Source of the DNA: a bacterium
Lineage (GTDB): Bacteria; Verrucomicrobiota; Verrucomicrobiia; Chthoniobacterales; JAFAMB01
Length of the DNA: 64,000 nucleotides
Assembly: GCA_046727495.1 (NCBI GenBank)
Contig: JBKPCS010000094.1
Coordinates: 16,029-80,028 of the forward strand
Direction of reading: 5' to 3'
The position numbers and the translations under genes are program-made. Under the pieces are notes generated by a model. The model was not told the DNA's origin, ran no database searches, and was given only the letters and a program-made list of their open reading frames with translations. Positions 45,307 through 54,641 of this stretch are shown here, piece after piece; positions within the stretch are counted from its first letter, which is position 1; the number at the start of each line of letters is the position of its first letter.

Positions 45307-47451
45307 TTAGCTTCCTTTCTGATCCAGCACTGCAGCGACAATCTGGGCCGGGACAGGTTCAAAGTGAGAAGGCTCCATCGAGTACGACGAGCGTCCTTTT
45401 GACAGCGACCGGATCGCGGTCGCGTAACCAAACATTTCAGCAAGCGGGACTTCGGCGTGAACGACCGTGGCGAAGCTTTTGGCTTCGATCGTATTGATCC
45501 TGCCGCGCCGCCGGTTGAGGTCACCCATAATATCGCCCTGGTATTCCTCAGGCGTCGTGACCTCCACTTTCATGATTGGCTCCAACAAGATGGAAGAGGC
45601 TTTCTTGAAAGCATCTTTCATCGCAAAAATAGCAGCCAGCTTGAACGCTAGCTCGTTCGAGTCAACGTCGTGGTACGATCCGTCGATGATCTCTACATGC
45701 AGATCGATTACCGGGTAACCTCCAACGATCCCGCTGAGAACTGCTTCTTCGATCCCTTTCTTAACTGCGGGGATGTACTCTTTAGGGATTGTACCGCCGA
45801 CAATTTTGTTATCGATCGTCATCCCCTTACCGCGGTCTTGCGGTGTGACCGTCACAATGACGTGACCATATTGACCGCGACCACCAGACTGCTTGATCAG
45901 CTTCCCTTCACCCGTAGCGTTCTTCGTGATTGTCTCGCGATAGGCGATCTGAGGTTTGCCGGCATTCGCATCTACCTTGAACTCCCGAAGCATGCGGTCG
46001 CGGATGATTTCCAGATGCAGCTCTCCCATTCCGGCAATGATCGTTTGACCGGTATCTTCGTTGGTGAAAACGCGGAAGGTCGGATCCTCTTCGGCTAACC
46101 GCTGCAGCGCAGTAGCCATCTTTTGCTGATCCAGTTTTGTTTTTGGCTCAATCGCCATCGAAATCACCGGATCCGGAAATGAAGGCGGCTCCAACAGAAT
46201 TGGAGCCTCTTCGTCGCACAGCGTATCCCCGGTGGTGATGTTCTTAATGCCTACGATCGCTGCAATATCGCCGGAGTAACACGTATCGATATCTTCGCGC
46301 TTATCAGCCTGAATCTGAATGAGGCGGCTAATACGCTCGCGTTTGCCGGTGCGGGTATTGAGGACAGTGTCGCCTTTGGAGAGCTTGCCCGAGTAAACTC
46401 GGAAGAATACTAGTTTTCCAACGAACGGATCGCTCCACAGTTTAAAAGCGAGGGAACAGAACTTCGTATTATCGTCGGTAATCGCCTCTTTTTCCTGGTT
46501 GGTGTCAGGATCGATTCCTTTGGCCGGCGGGATATCCAGCGGGCTCGGAAGATAATCGACTACTGCGTCGACCAGGTATTGAACTCCTTTGTTCTTAAAT
46601 GCAGAACCGCCGGCGACCGGAACAAATTTGTTAGCGCTGGTCAGCCGACGGATTCCAGCTTTCAGATCTTTAGGAGTTACCGGCTTTTCTTCGAGGAAGA
46701 GAGTTCCGACTTCATCGTCGAGGTTGGCTACCTGCTCGACGAGGTCGGCGTAGGCCTTATCGACCCTCTCTTTATACTCGGCCGGGACCTCCGCTACCTC
46801 GTAGGTTGAACCAAGAATGTCGTTGTCGGAATAGAGGACGGCTTTCTTATTAATAATGTCGATCTGGCCGTGCAACTGGTCTTCCGCACCGAGTGGGACC
46901 AGGACCGGCCATGCATTGGCGCCGAGTTTTGTTCGGATTTCGTTGACGACGTTCTCGAAATTCGCACCAACGCGATCCATCTTATTGACAAAGCAGATAC
47001 GCGGGACGTGATATTTGTTGGCTTGCCGCCAAACCGTCTCAGTCTGTGGCTGGACACCAGCAACGCTGTCAAACACCAGGATAGCACCGTCCAGGACGCG
47101 CAGCGAACGTTCAACTTCTGCGGTGAAGTCGACGTGTCCTGGAGTATCGATAATGTTGATGCGCTGTTTCTGGCCCTCAAAAAGCTTGAAAACGCCTACT
47201 TCTCTTCGCTGGTTCCAGAAACAGGTAGTCGCCGCGGATGTAATCGTGATACCGCGCTCCCGTTCCTGCTCCATCCAGTCGGTCACGGTGGTGCCTTCAT
47301 GAACTTCACCGATCCGGTGGATCATGCCCGTGTAGAATAGAATGCGCTCCGTCAGAGTCGTCTTACCCGCATCGATGTGGGCGCTGATTCCGATATTGCG
47401 CGTGCGTTCTAGGGGGTATGCACGATTAGGAGAATTCGGATTCGTCGTCAT
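45307..47451 (-). CDS. fusA: elongation factor G
   Basis: G-domain motifs [17 protein letters not shown] and NKMD. Start chosen at ATG 47451 ([22 protein letters not shown]...). The ORF opens at 47496, where it would overlap rpsG. Confidence 0.96.
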   Translation of the reverse strand: MTTNPNSPNRAYPLERTRNIGISAHIDAGKTTLTERILFYTGMIHRIGEVHEGTTVTDWMEQERERGITITSAATTCFWNQRREVGVFKLFEGQKQRINIIDTPGHVDFTAEVERSLRVLDGAILVFDSVAGVQPQTETVWRQANKYHVPRICFVNKMDRVGANFENVVNEIRTKLGANAWPVLVPLGAEDQLHGQIDIINKKAVLYSDNDILGSTYEVAEVPAEYKERVDKAYADLVEQVANLDDEVGTLFLEEKPVTPKDLKAGIRRLTSANKFVPVAGGSAFKNKGVQYLVDAVVDYLPSPLDIPPAKGIDPDTNQEKEAITDDNTKFCSLAFKLWSDPFVGKLVFFRVYSGKLSKGDTVLNTRTGKRERISRLIQIQADKREDIDTCYSGDIAAIVGIKNITTGDTLCDEEAPILLEPPSFPDPVISMAIEPKTKLDQQKMATALQRLAEEDPTFRVFTNEDTGQTIIAGMGELHLEIIRDRMLREFKVDANAGKPQIAYRETITKNATGEGKLIKQSGGRGQYGHVIVTVTPQDRGKGMTIDNKIVGGTIPKEYIPAVKKGIEEAVLSGIVGGYPVIDLHVEIIDGSYHDVDSNELAFKLAAIFAMKDAFKKASSILLEPIMKVEVTTPEEYQGDIMGDLNRRRGRINTIEAKSFATVVHAEVPLAEMFGYATAIRSLSKGRSSYSMEPSHFEPVPAQIVAAVLDQKGS

Positions 47452-47489
47452 GGCGTTGGTCTTCTCTAGAACGTTGGTAGGCATACGGT

Positions 47490-47960
47490 TTACCACCGGA
47501 AATGCGCAAAGGCTCGGTTCGCCTGCGCCATCTTATGTGTATCTTCCCGCTTTTTAATCGCGCTCCCTTGGCCCAACGCCGCGTCTTTGATTTCAGCAGC
47601 CAAATTATCCACCATCGTACCGCGCCGGTTCTTGGCGTAGGTAACGATCCAGCGCATCGCGAGGGAAACCTGTCGCTCTTGCGAAACTTCGACAGGCACC
47701 TGGTAGGTGGCTCCGCCAACTCGACGTGACTTCACTTCCAGGCGTGGCTTAGTGTTCTCTAAAGCTTTGTGCAGGGTCTCAAGCGGGTCGATCGAATCCG
47801 AGCCCTCTCTGCTTTTCTCAATTGCTTGGTAGACGATGCGTTCAGCCAGCGACTTTTTGCCGCTGCGCATAATCGTACTGATCAACCGGGCCACTATAGG
47901 GCTTCCATAGCGGCTGTCTAAGGTCTCAATCCTGTGAATGACTCTGCGACGTCTTGACAT
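47490..47960 (-). CDS. rpsG: 30S ribosomal protein S7
   Basis: 156 aa with [13 protein letters not shown] and [14 protein letters not shown]. Confidence 0.96.
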   Translation of the reverse strand: MSRRRRVIHRIETLDSRYGSPIVARLISTIMRSGKKSLAERIVYQAIEKSREGSDSIDPLETLHKALENTKPRLEVKSRRVGGATYQVPVEVSQERQVSLAMRWIVTYAKNRRGTMVDNLAAEIKDAALGQGSAIKKREDTHKMAQANRAFAHFRW

Positions 47961-47971
47961 ATAAAGTCTCC

Positions 47972-48379
47972 CTACTTCTTCCCTTTGGCTGCCGGAGCTT
48001 CCCCGGCCGCTTTTGGACGCTTCGCTCCATATTTAGAACGGCTCCGGCGACGCCCATCGACCCCTAAACTGTCTAGCGTGCCCCGAACGATATGATATCG
48101 AACACCCGGTAGATCCTTTACACGTCCGCCACGAACCAGAACTATTGAGTGCTCCTGCAGGTTGTGACCTTCGCCTGGTATGTAGGCGATTACTTCATGT
48201 CCATTAGTTAAACGGACTTTAGCGACCTTGCGCAACGCCGAGTTCGGTTTCTTCGGTGTGCGGGTCATCACCTGAACGCAGACGCCACGGCGTTGCGGGC
48301 AGTCCGCAAGAGCCGGTGACTTTGACTTCACCGCCATCTTCTTGCGCCCTTTTCTTACGAGCTGATTAATCGTTGGCAT
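47972..48379 (-). CDS. rpsL: 30S ribosomal protein S12 (short Lys/Ala-rich C-terminal extension)
   Basis: [14 protein letters not shown]...[19 protein letters not shown]..., 135 aa. Confidence 0.97.
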   Translation of the reverse strand: MPTINQLVRKGRKKMAVKSKSPALADCPQRRGVCVQVMTRTPKKPNSALRKVAKVRLTNGHEVIAYIPGEGHNLQEHSIVLVRGGRVKDLPGVRYHIVRGTLDSLGVDGRRRSRSKYGAKRPKAAGEAPAAKGKK

Positions 48380-48471
48380 CTAAAAAAATCTGGTTTCAAT
48401 CCCGACGTTTTGGGGATAAAAAAGCCGCTCTGGCAGCTCGTTCTCCTTCCGCCAGACGCGGGGGAGCGCGA

Positions 48472-48499
48472 ACTATATAAGCTTTCCCAATCCGTGCAA
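48472..48499 (-). promoter_or_regulatory. putative sigma70-type promoter of the rpsL operon
   Basis: The minus strand reads TTGCAC (48499-48494), a 16-nt spacer, then TATAGT (48477-48472), about 90 nt upstream of the rpsL ATG. Based on sequence pattern only. Confidence 0.35.
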
Positions 48500-48656
48500 G
48501 AGAATTCTTCCCCGGAACCAGCCCTTAATCCGCCTTAAAAACGGAAACTCTAAAACGGTCATCCTTCCCAGCCACGAACCCGGACGGCTAACGCGGAATG
48601 CTACTTTAAATCCCCTGGGCAATTTGTCCAGGATATGCTTTTCTTCTCCGGCGCCA

Positions 48657-49061
48657 ATGAGAACCAAATCCGAACGCCAGATTACAGTATCCCTTGAGAA
48701 CCAGCCAGGACAGTTGGCTACCGTCTGCCGGCTTTTGGCTGAGCAGCAGATTAACATCGTGGCGATCTCGGTCATCGACAATGTCGAACAAGGAGTCATC
48801 CGCTTGATTGTTAGTGATGCCGCCGAGTGCAAACGGGTGCTCGACAGCAACGGTTTTTACACCATTCAGGGAGATGTTCTGGTGGTCGACTTGTCGGACA
48901 GCAAAGGCAAGATTGCACAAATCGGTCAGGAACTCGCCAAAGCGAAGATCAATATAGATTACGTCTACGGAAGCGTGGCTGATCCTGAACATCCGATCCG
49001 GCTCGTCCTGAAAGCCTCGGATATGATCCGAGCGAAACAGATTCTTGAGCAGTTGGGATAG
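48657..49061 (+). CDS. ACT domain-containing protein
   Basis: The pattern QITVSLENQPGQLATVCRLLAEQQINIVAISV is ACT-like, with a second half-domain DVLVVDLSDSKGKIAQIGQELAKAKINI. Start chosen at ATG 48657; the ORF opens at 48624. Confidence 0.7.
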   Translation: MRTKSERQITVSLENQPGQLATVCRLLAEQQINIVAISVIDNVEQGVIRLIVSDAAECKRVLDSNGFYTIQGDVLVVDLSDSKGKIAQIGQELAKAKINIDYVYGSVADPEHPIRLVLKASDMIRAKQILEQLG

Positions 49062-49068
49062 GAGGGTT

Positions 49069-49104
49069 GAGAACGCCGAGAATGCCGTGACCGCCGACAT
49101 CGCC
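49069..49104 (+). repeat. tandem nonamer array GAGAACGCC GAGAATGCC GTGACCGCC GACATCGCC
   Basis: Read directly from the sequence, 8 nt after the ACT-protein stop. Related to 30513-30557. Confidence 0.65.
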
Positions 49105-49280
49105 GGGACTGGCTTCACCACTTAAAGGCGTGAGTACTGGAAGAGGGTTTGAATCCATCAACTAGAATGTGCCACGCAACCTCTGGATGCGGCTTGCCTA
49201 CAAGAGGCCCGCAGGATTGACAGACCAGAGGGACACGGGCGTTGCACGGAACGCCCCTCCAGGCTCGATACCGGCGGGCA

Positions 49281-49310
49281 TTGGCGCTATGGACCTATTC
49301 GTAGTATACT
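49281..49310 (+). promoter_or_regulatory. putative rnpB promoter
   Basis: TTGGCG (49281-49286), an 18-nt spacer, then TATACT (49305-49310), just upstream of the inferred RNase P RNA 5' end. Confidence 0.35.
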
Positions 49311-49315
49311 CATTT

Positions 49316-49795
49316 GCGTGGAGGGACGATCGCTGACCCGAGCTTTCGGGGTAGAGGAAAGTCCGAACACCAAAAGGCAGTATGCCCTGTGAAAACGGGG
49401 GCATCCGGGTCGAAAGCCCCGGGTGACGGAGAGTGTCACAGAAAATAGACCGCCCAGCACCAGTTTGGGGTTCCATGGCTTCCAGCCTTGGTTAAAGCGA
49501 ACGCCAAACTGGTGCTGGGTAAGGGTGAAAAGGTGGGGTAAGAGCCCACCGGATCACGGCGTAAGCCGGATCGCAAGAAAAACCCCATACGGTGCAAGAC
49601 AAACAGAGGAGAAAGGTAGCCTGCCTCTCTTTCGAGCCTGCTCGAAAGATGAATCCTCGGGTAATAGTCGCATTCGGCAGCTTTCGGGCTGCCGGGCACT
49701 GGGTGGCTTTCAAACAAGGCTGCCGGGTGAGATAAATGATCGTCACGATCCAGCGAAAGCGGGATCGACAGAATTCGGCTTATATCCACCTAACC
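49316..49795 (+). ncRNA. rnpB: RNase P RNA, bacterial type A (ends approximate to within about 5 nt)
   Basis: Conserved blocks gaggaaagtccgaacacc, cacagaaaatagaccgcc, ggtaagggtgaaaaggtggggtaagagcccaccgg and gacagaattcggcttatatccacc parallel the E. coli M1 RNA blocks. The P1/P2 pairings gtgga/tccac and gacgatc/gatcgtc are present. Confidence 0.88.
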
Positions 49796-49823
49796 GAGGC
49801 CCGATCCGAAAAGATCGGGCCTC
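49796..49823 (+). terminator. stem-loop immediately 3' of rnpB
   Basis: gaggcccgatc - cgaaaa - gatcgggcctc forms a perfect 11-bp stem. Only a short T-run (cttt) follows. Confidence 0.5.
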
Positions 49824-49834
49824 GACCCTTTGGC

Positions 49835-50048
49835 AGCCCCGAATGCTTTCGGGGCTGACGTTGTCCGTTTTCAGTCTACGGTCTTCCGTCTTCCGTTAAG
49901 GTTCCATGGACGTATCGAACGGTAGACCAACGGATCAGGGACGGGTAGCAACAGCCAAAGCATGGCAGTTTCGGTTAGGATTGCTCAGCGAAAGCAACGG
50001 AAGACGGTTGACGGTCGACGGATAACAGCCCCGAATGCTTTCGGAGCT
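49835..50048. repeat. 214-bp composite inverted repeat: a terminal 22-nt palindromic hairpin at each end, with inverted CCGTCNN heptamer arrays inside
   Basis: agccccgaatgctttcggggct lies at 49835-49856 and agccccgaatgctttcggagct at 50027-50048. The inner arms tccgttttcagtctacggtcttccgtcttccgtt and aacggaagacggttgacggtcgacgg are complementary heptamer arrays. The right end overlaps the phhB stop. Confidence 0.7.
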
Positions 50049-50328
50049 AAACTAGCTTGTCGAGCTTTCTCGCCAGCATGAAATCGTTGTTCGTTAGGCC
50101 GCCGGCCGAATGCGTCGAAAGCACCAGTTTCACCTTGTTCCACCGGATATCGATGTCCGGGTGATGATTCATATTCTCCGCTTCCTGGGCGACCTTGTTC
50201 ACAAAATCGATCGCCTCCTGGAACGCGCTGAACTTGAAGGTGCGCTCGATGCTATCCTCCCGCAGCTTCCAATCGGGTACCTCGCCAAGCAAGTTCTCAA
50301 CTGCTTCCGGTTTGAGTAATTGAGCCAT
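50047..50328 (-). CDS. phhB: 4a-hydroxytetrahydrobiopterin dehydratase (pterin-4-alpha-carbinolamine dehydratase)
   Basis: 93 aa with the motif NHHPDIDIRWNKVKLVLSTHSAGGLT. Confidence 0.88.
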   Translation of the reverse strand: MAQLLKPEAVENLLGEVPDWKLREDSIERTFKFSAFQEAIDFVNKVAQEAENMNHHPDIDIRWNKVKLVLSTHSAGGLTNNDFMLARKLDKLV

Positions 50329-50540
50329 AGGGTTGCTCCTTCGGCTTCCCAGTGAAGTGAAGCTCTACTAGTGTAGTATGGTAATTTCGGGAAAAACAAA
50401 CCATTTTCCAGAGGACCGGCCCGGGGACCCGGAACAGCGCCGGCCGGACCGGGTTATCATGGACAATTCCGCAGGGTCGTGTATGTAAAGCAGTTTTCCC
50501 CATATTTCGGCCGTAAGTAATAATACTGCTTTTCGAACCC

Positions 50541-51515
50541 ATGGAAACAAAAGGTAGACTCTATAATAACATTGTCGAAACCGTCGGCCGAACCCCGTTG
50601 GTACGACTGAACCGAATTACCAAAGATCTCGATGCGACAATTGCGATCAAATGCGAGTTCTTTAACCCTCTGGGCAGCGTGAAAGACCGAATCGGGATGT
50701 CAATGATTGAAGCCGCTGAGCGCGACGGTCTCATCAAGCCCGAGACCGTTATTGTCGAACCTACGAGCGGCAACACCGGTATTGCGCTTGCCTTCGTTTG
50801 CGCAGCCAAAGGGTATAAATTGGTACTGACAATGCCCGAGACGATGAGCCTGGAGCGTAGAACACTCTTGGCCATGCTCGGCGCAAAACTGGTATTGACC
50901 CCCGGCTCGGAAGGGATGAAAGGAGCAATTGCCCGCGCGGAAGAGATCCTGAAAAACACTCCAGACTCCTGGATGCCGCAGCAGTTTAACAATCCTGCAA
51001 ATCCGTGGATCCACCAGCAAACCACTGCCGAAGAGCTCTGGAACGATACCGATGGAAAGATCGATATTCTGGTGTCCGCCGTTGGCACCGGCGGCACAAT
51101 CACTGGCGTTGCGGAAGTGATCAAAGAACGCAAACCAACGTTCAAGGCGATTGCGGTCGAGCCAAGAGATTCTGCCGTAATACAACAAACCTTGAACGGG
51201 GAACCTCTAAAGCCTGGACCTCACAAGATCCAAGGAACTGGCGCGGGGTTCGTCCCAAATAATCTGCATCTGAAGATTGTGGATGAAGTGATCAGCGTCT
51301 CAAATGAAGATTCCTTTGTCATGGCGCGCCGGCTGGCCAAGGAGGAAGGGATCCTAGCCGGCATCAGTTCGGGAGCGAATGTCCACGCCGCGATTCAAGT
51401 GGCTCGCCGCCCGGAGAACAAAGGGAAGCTGATCGTAACGGTTGCATGTTCGACCGGCGAACGTTATCTGACGACCCCGCTGGCTGACGAAGCGCGAGCC
51501 GAAGTCGGTGGCTAA
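50541..51515 (+). CDS. cysK: cysteine synthase A (O-acetylserine sulfhydrylase)
   Basis: 324 aa with the PLP-lysine context [12 protein letters not shown], plus [10 protein letters not shown] and GTGGTITG. Confidence 0.93.
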   Translation: METKGRLYNNIVETVGRTPLVRLNRITKDLDATIAIKCEFFNPLGSVKDRIGMSMIEAAERDGLIKPETVIVEPTSGNTGIALAFVCAAKGYKLVLTMPETMSLERRTLLAMLGAKLVLTPGSEGMKGAIARAEEILKNTPDSWMPQQFNNPANPWIHQQTTAEELWNDTDGKIDILVSAVGTGGTITGVAEVIKERKPTFKAIAVEPRDSAVIQQTLNGEPLKPGPHKIQGTGAGFVPNNLHLKIVDEVISVSNEDSFVMARRLAKEEGILAGISSGANVHAAIQVARRPENKGKLIVTVACSTGERYLTTPLADEARAEVGG

Positions 51516-51526
51516 CCGTCCATCGT

Positions 51527-52249
51527 ATGCGAAATAACATGACGAGCGAACCTCCCGCTGCAGAACCATCATCGTCTTCAATTGACCGCGAGGTTTTTTG
51601 GTTGCTGCACAAGCAAAAGATCCTGGTCGGCGCTGCGGCGCTACTGGTGGTCCTTCTCGGCTATGCGATCTACTTAGGTATCCAGACGTTGCAGACGCAA
51701 AAAGCCGAGCGGGCCTATGCTACAGCGGACTCGATTGATGCCTGGCGCGCGGTTATCCGGCAGTTTCCCGGCTCGATGGCGGCCGGCAATGCTTCTCTCA
51801 GAATCGCCATGAAGCTCCGAGATGATGGCAAGCTCCCAGATTCCGATGCGGCTTATGAAGCCTTTGTCCACGACTTTCCCAAGCATCCGCTTGTCGTGAA
51901 TGGATATATGGGAAGAGCAGCAAATGCCGAAGCCGAAAATAATCCGGACAAAGCGCTCGAACAATACCGGGAAGTGACGACTCGTTATCCCAATACGTAC
52001 CAGGCGCCGATGGCGCTCTTTCATCAGGGCCGCCTTACTGAAGCAAAGGGTCAGTTGAAAGAAGCTCAACAGCTTTTCGAACGCGTCGTACAACGCTATT
52101 CAAATAGCGTAGCGGCAATTTTTGCGGAGCAAGAGGCAGGCAAGCTGAATGATCGATTGGCGCCTGCAGCGGCGCCGAGTCCAAGTCCCAGTCCGGCAAC
52201 GTCGCCGAGTGCGTCGGCGTCGCCGTCACCGAGTTCGAGTCCGAAATAA
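51527..52249 (+). CDS. membrane-anchored TPR-like protein with a Pro/Ser-rich C-terminal tail
   Basis: 240 aa with one TM helix (ILVGAAALLVVLLGYAIYLGI) and TPR-like helical repeats. The tail is APAAAPSPSPSPATSPSASASPSPSSSPK. A YfgM/YbgF-like architecture is only suggested. Confidence 0.55.
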   Translation: MRNNMTSEPPAAEPSSSSIDREVFWLLHKQKILVGAAALLVVLLGYAIYLGIQTLQTQKAERAYATADSIDAWRAVIRQFPGSMAAGNASLRIAMKLRDDGKLPDSDAAYEAFVHDFPKHPLVVNGYMGRAANAEAENNPDKALEQYREVTTRYPNTYQAPMALFHQGRLTEAKGQLKEAQQLFERVVQRYSNSVAAIFAEQEAGKLNDRLAPAAAPSPSPSPATSPSASASPSPSSSPK

Positions 52250-52342
52250 CGGACCTGGTTCGGCACAGATCTGATTGATAGGTCTCGGCGATCCTGCCTT
52301 AGGCATGAGCGTCATCTTAAGGCGGCGAAGGTCGGTCTAGAA

Positions 52343-52448
52343 GATCAACCCACGGTGAATCCGGAGGATTCGGCCGAAGCTCCCAGTCCGACCAAGTCCG
52401 GATGGGTTGATCGCGCCATTGGCGGATCGACCGTCCAGCGCTTGACCT
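52343..52448 (+). repeat. dispersed repeat family C, copy 2
   Basis: gatcaaccca-cggtgaatccggaggattcggccgaagctcccagtccgaccaagtccgga-tgggttgatc, closed by a perfect 10-bp inverted repeat, followed by gcgccattggcggatcgaccgtccagc. Confidence 0.65.
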
Positions 52449-52471
52449 TCAGGAACGCGCAAAGCGCGGTC

Positions 52472-52894
52472 CTACAACCGTCCTTCGTCGAACTCGATCG
52501 CGTCGAAGTAGGTCTGGATATCAGCTCGGCCGGCGCCGCCTGCTTCTTTTAACGTATACTGAAACCTTGCGATCGCTTCGGCAGTTCTGGGCCGTGCTGT
52601 AACCATCGAGTGGCTCCACGATTCGATCTCTTCCGGCGTCCGCGGAGTTCCTCTTTGGCGGATCGCTTCCAGGATCTTCTCATCCGAATCGAGCTCATTA
52701 GCGATCCTTTCGAATTCATCGCCGTCAATCCCCAGAAACCGGAGAAGATGTTTGTCGAATCCGACGACTTTGTAGTTATAGCCCTGCAACAGACCGCGCC
52801 GGTAGAGCCGCGCCTTGTCAATCAGCCGCGGCAGATGCACGTATCCGCCTAACCTTTCGTAAGGGCTGCGCGGAAAGTGGATCTTTCCGGTCAT
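52472..52894 (-). CDS. DUF5069 domain-containing protein
   Basis: 140 aa. PRSPYERLGGYVHLPRLIDKARL...GYNYK matches the DUF5069 pattern. Its ATG overlaps the upstream bactofilin stop (ATGA). Confidence 0.7.
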   Translation of the reverse strand: MTGKIHFPRSPYERLGGYVHLPRLIDKARLYRRGLLQGYNYKVVGFDKHLLRFLGIDGDEFERIANELDSDEKILEAIRQRGTPRTPEEIESWSHSMVTARPRTAEAIARFQYTLKEAGGAGRADIQTYFDAIEFDEGRL

Positions 52895-53877
52895 GCAGAA
52901 CTCAGCTTGAACTCTGGCCCAGGATCCGATCGCTTTGAAGCCTTTTCCACAGGAGCAACAGACGGATCGAGCAGCTCCCCTTGTTCCATCTCAGCCTTAC
53001 CGATTGAGAGTTCACCAAAAAATTCTCCTCCCTTATCGACGCTAAAGCCCCGACCAAAGACGGTGCCAATCAGGCGGCCGCTTTTTCGTACGATCACTTT
53101 GCCGGTGGAAATGATCCGGCCATTTACGATTCCTTCAATTTCTATGAGCTCTCCTCGAAGCGGACGCAAGAAAGTCAGGTCCGATTTTTTGCCAATCACG
53201 ACCTTCTTACACTCGATGCTGCCGCTCACCTTTCCCTTCAATCTGATTCTCGCCTCGCCCGTACAAACCAGACTCCCTCGAACGAAGCCTTGAATGTCTG
53301 CCGATTCACAAATGACTCGATTACTCGCAAGTTCAGCCTTGTTCGTAATCAGGACATGACCACGGGTCCGAATCGCGCGGCTGTAATTGCCGACGATTTT
53401 GTAATCCTGAAGATCTATGTAAGCGCCGCACTGCGGGCAGATCGTAGAAGTCGCACTCTTTGGTACTTCGCGCTTGCCGCTGCATTCAAAGCAGTGCGCG
53501 ACCCGAGTGCGGTGAACGCCTAGAAACCCCTCCAGCTTCTGAAGGACTGAAGGTTCCTTTTGAACCTCCTGCGGTTCAGGCGATCGCTTCCCTTTCCCGA
53601 GCTGAATGTACCCACTGCATTTTCGGCAGTAGGTCGACTTCGCAAGTTCAGGCTCTAACTGAATGTTACCGCAGTGAGGACATTGAACTTCAGTACGTCC
53701 TTTAGCAGCCTCTCTAAGTTCCTTATGAACCTCCTGCGGTTCAGCCGATCGCTTCCCTTTCCCGAGCTGAATATACCCGCTGCACTTTCGGCAGTAGGTC
53801 GACTTCGCGAGTTCAGGCTCTAACTGGATGTTACCGCAGTGAGGACATTGAACTTCAATACGTCCTTTAGCAGCCAC
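52891..53877 (-). CDS. bactofilin-domain protein with three N-terminal CxxC...CxxC zinc ribbons
   Basis: Two 55-aa near-identical units (QCPHCGNIQLEPELAKSTYCRKCSGYIQL) plus a third ribbon (CFECSGKREVPKSATSTICPQCGAYIDL). These are followed by a beta-helical bactofilin-like region (VRGSLVCTGEARIRLKGKVSGSIECKKVVIGKKSDL...IEGIVNGRIISTGKVIVRKSGRLIGTV). Confidence 0.7.
   Translation of the reverse strand: MAAKGRIEVQCPHCGNIQLEPELAKSTYCRKCSGYIQLGKGKRSAEPQEVHKELREAAKGRTEVQCPHCGNIQLEPELAKSTYCRKCSGYIQLGKGKRSPEPQEVQKEPSVLQKLEGFLGVHRTRVAHCFECSGKREVPKSATSTICPQCGAYIDLQDYKIVGNYSRAIRTRGHVLITNKAELASNRVICESADIQGFVRGSLVCTGEARIRLKGKVSGSIECKKVVIGKKSDLTFLRPLRGELIEIEGIVNGRIISTGKVIVRKSGRLIGTVFGRGFSVDKGGEFFGELSIGKAEMEQGELLDPSVAPVEKASKRSDPGPEFKLSSA
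53545..53874 (-). repeat. tandem duplication, 2 x 165 bp, ~95% identical over the ~146 bp compared, inside the zinc-ribbon bactofilin gene
   Basis: Units at 53545-53709 and 53710-53874. I counted about 7 differences over about 146 aligned bp, several of them synonymous (the codons for RKCSGYI differ at 4 positions). Confidence 0.8.
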
Positions 53878-53887
53878 TCAGAACTCC

Positions 53888-54544
53888 TTACCGCGGAGCA
53901 CCGATTTTTTGCGGCTGTTGCTGCGGTGTTTGATGCACTGGTTGAGGGGTAGCCTGGCCGACATCTTTCAAGCCGCTCTTGTTTGGCGTCACTTCGGATT
54001 TTCCGACAAAAGTCGCACCTTCCTCGATAACTAAACGAGTTGCTTTGAGGTCTCCGATCAGCTGAGAACGAGAATGGAGCTCGCAGCGTTCCTGCACAGT
54101 AATATTGCCGTGCACCTTGCCTTTCACGATAACCGTCTTGCTTTTAACCTCGCCGCGAACATCCGCGTTTTCGCCGACCGTTAGGACACCGTCTACGGAT
54201 GTGATTTCGCCTTCCACTTTTCCATCAAATACAAACTCGTTTGCGAACTTGATGGAACCTTTGATCTCGACGTCGTTCGAAAGATTGTTCTTATTCGGTG
54301 TATCTGCCATAACGGGTGTCTTAGGAGTGTTTGTTTTCAGTTCTAGAACGTGCGAATCGGGCGGATTAGCCCCCCTGCCGGCATCTTCCGCACGTGGAGT
54401 TTCTCCCGATTTCTGGGGAAAGAGCTTGTTCAGCACGCCCGCAACTATGGAGGTGCGACCTGAGGGTGTCAACCGCTCAAAAATCGCGCTAGAGCGCGAT
54501 TTTTGGAACGCCGTCAGCGCTGGCATTGCCAACAACGCCGACAA
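53888..54544 (-). CDS. bactofilin (polymer-forming cytoskeletal protein)
   Basis: The core is VEIKGSIKFANEFVFDGKVEGEITSVDGVLTVGENADVRGEVKSKTVIVKGKVHGNITVQERCELHSRSQLIGDLKATRLVIEEGATFVGKSEV. An internal ATG at 54310 (MADTPNKNN...) would give a more typical 140-aa protein. Confidence 0.8.
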   Translation of the reverse strand: MSALLAMPALTAFQKSRSSAIFERLTPSGRTSIVAGVLNKLFPQKSGETPRAEDAGRGANPPDSHVLELKTNTPKTPVMADTPNKNNLSNDVEIKGSIKFANEFVFDGKVEGEITSVDGVLTVGENADVRGEVKSKTVIVKGKVHGNITVQERCELHSRSQLIGDLKATRLVIEEGATFVGKSEVTPNKSGLKDVGQATPQPVHQTPQQQPQKIGAPR

Positions 54545-54641
54545 CGGAAGGGGCTCGATTGAAAGAACGACTCGTAGAGGTCAAATCTTGACTTACAAAA
54601 CAAGTAAATCCTGCGGCATCCCGCTCCGCGCCGAAGTATTT

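Noticed and set aside
45303-45310. Absence of tuf between fusA and rpsJ as an anomaly
   Set aside because: fusA directly followed by rpsJ, with tuf located elsewhere, is a known arrangement in some lineages (for example chlamydiae and other PVC members). I treat it as a taxonomic hint, not a novelty.
50329-50540. Possible riboswitch or leader upstream of cysK
   Set aside because: The region is GC-rich, but I recognised no conserved riboswitch core (SAM, T-box and others). It is a divergent promoter region, so I make no claim.
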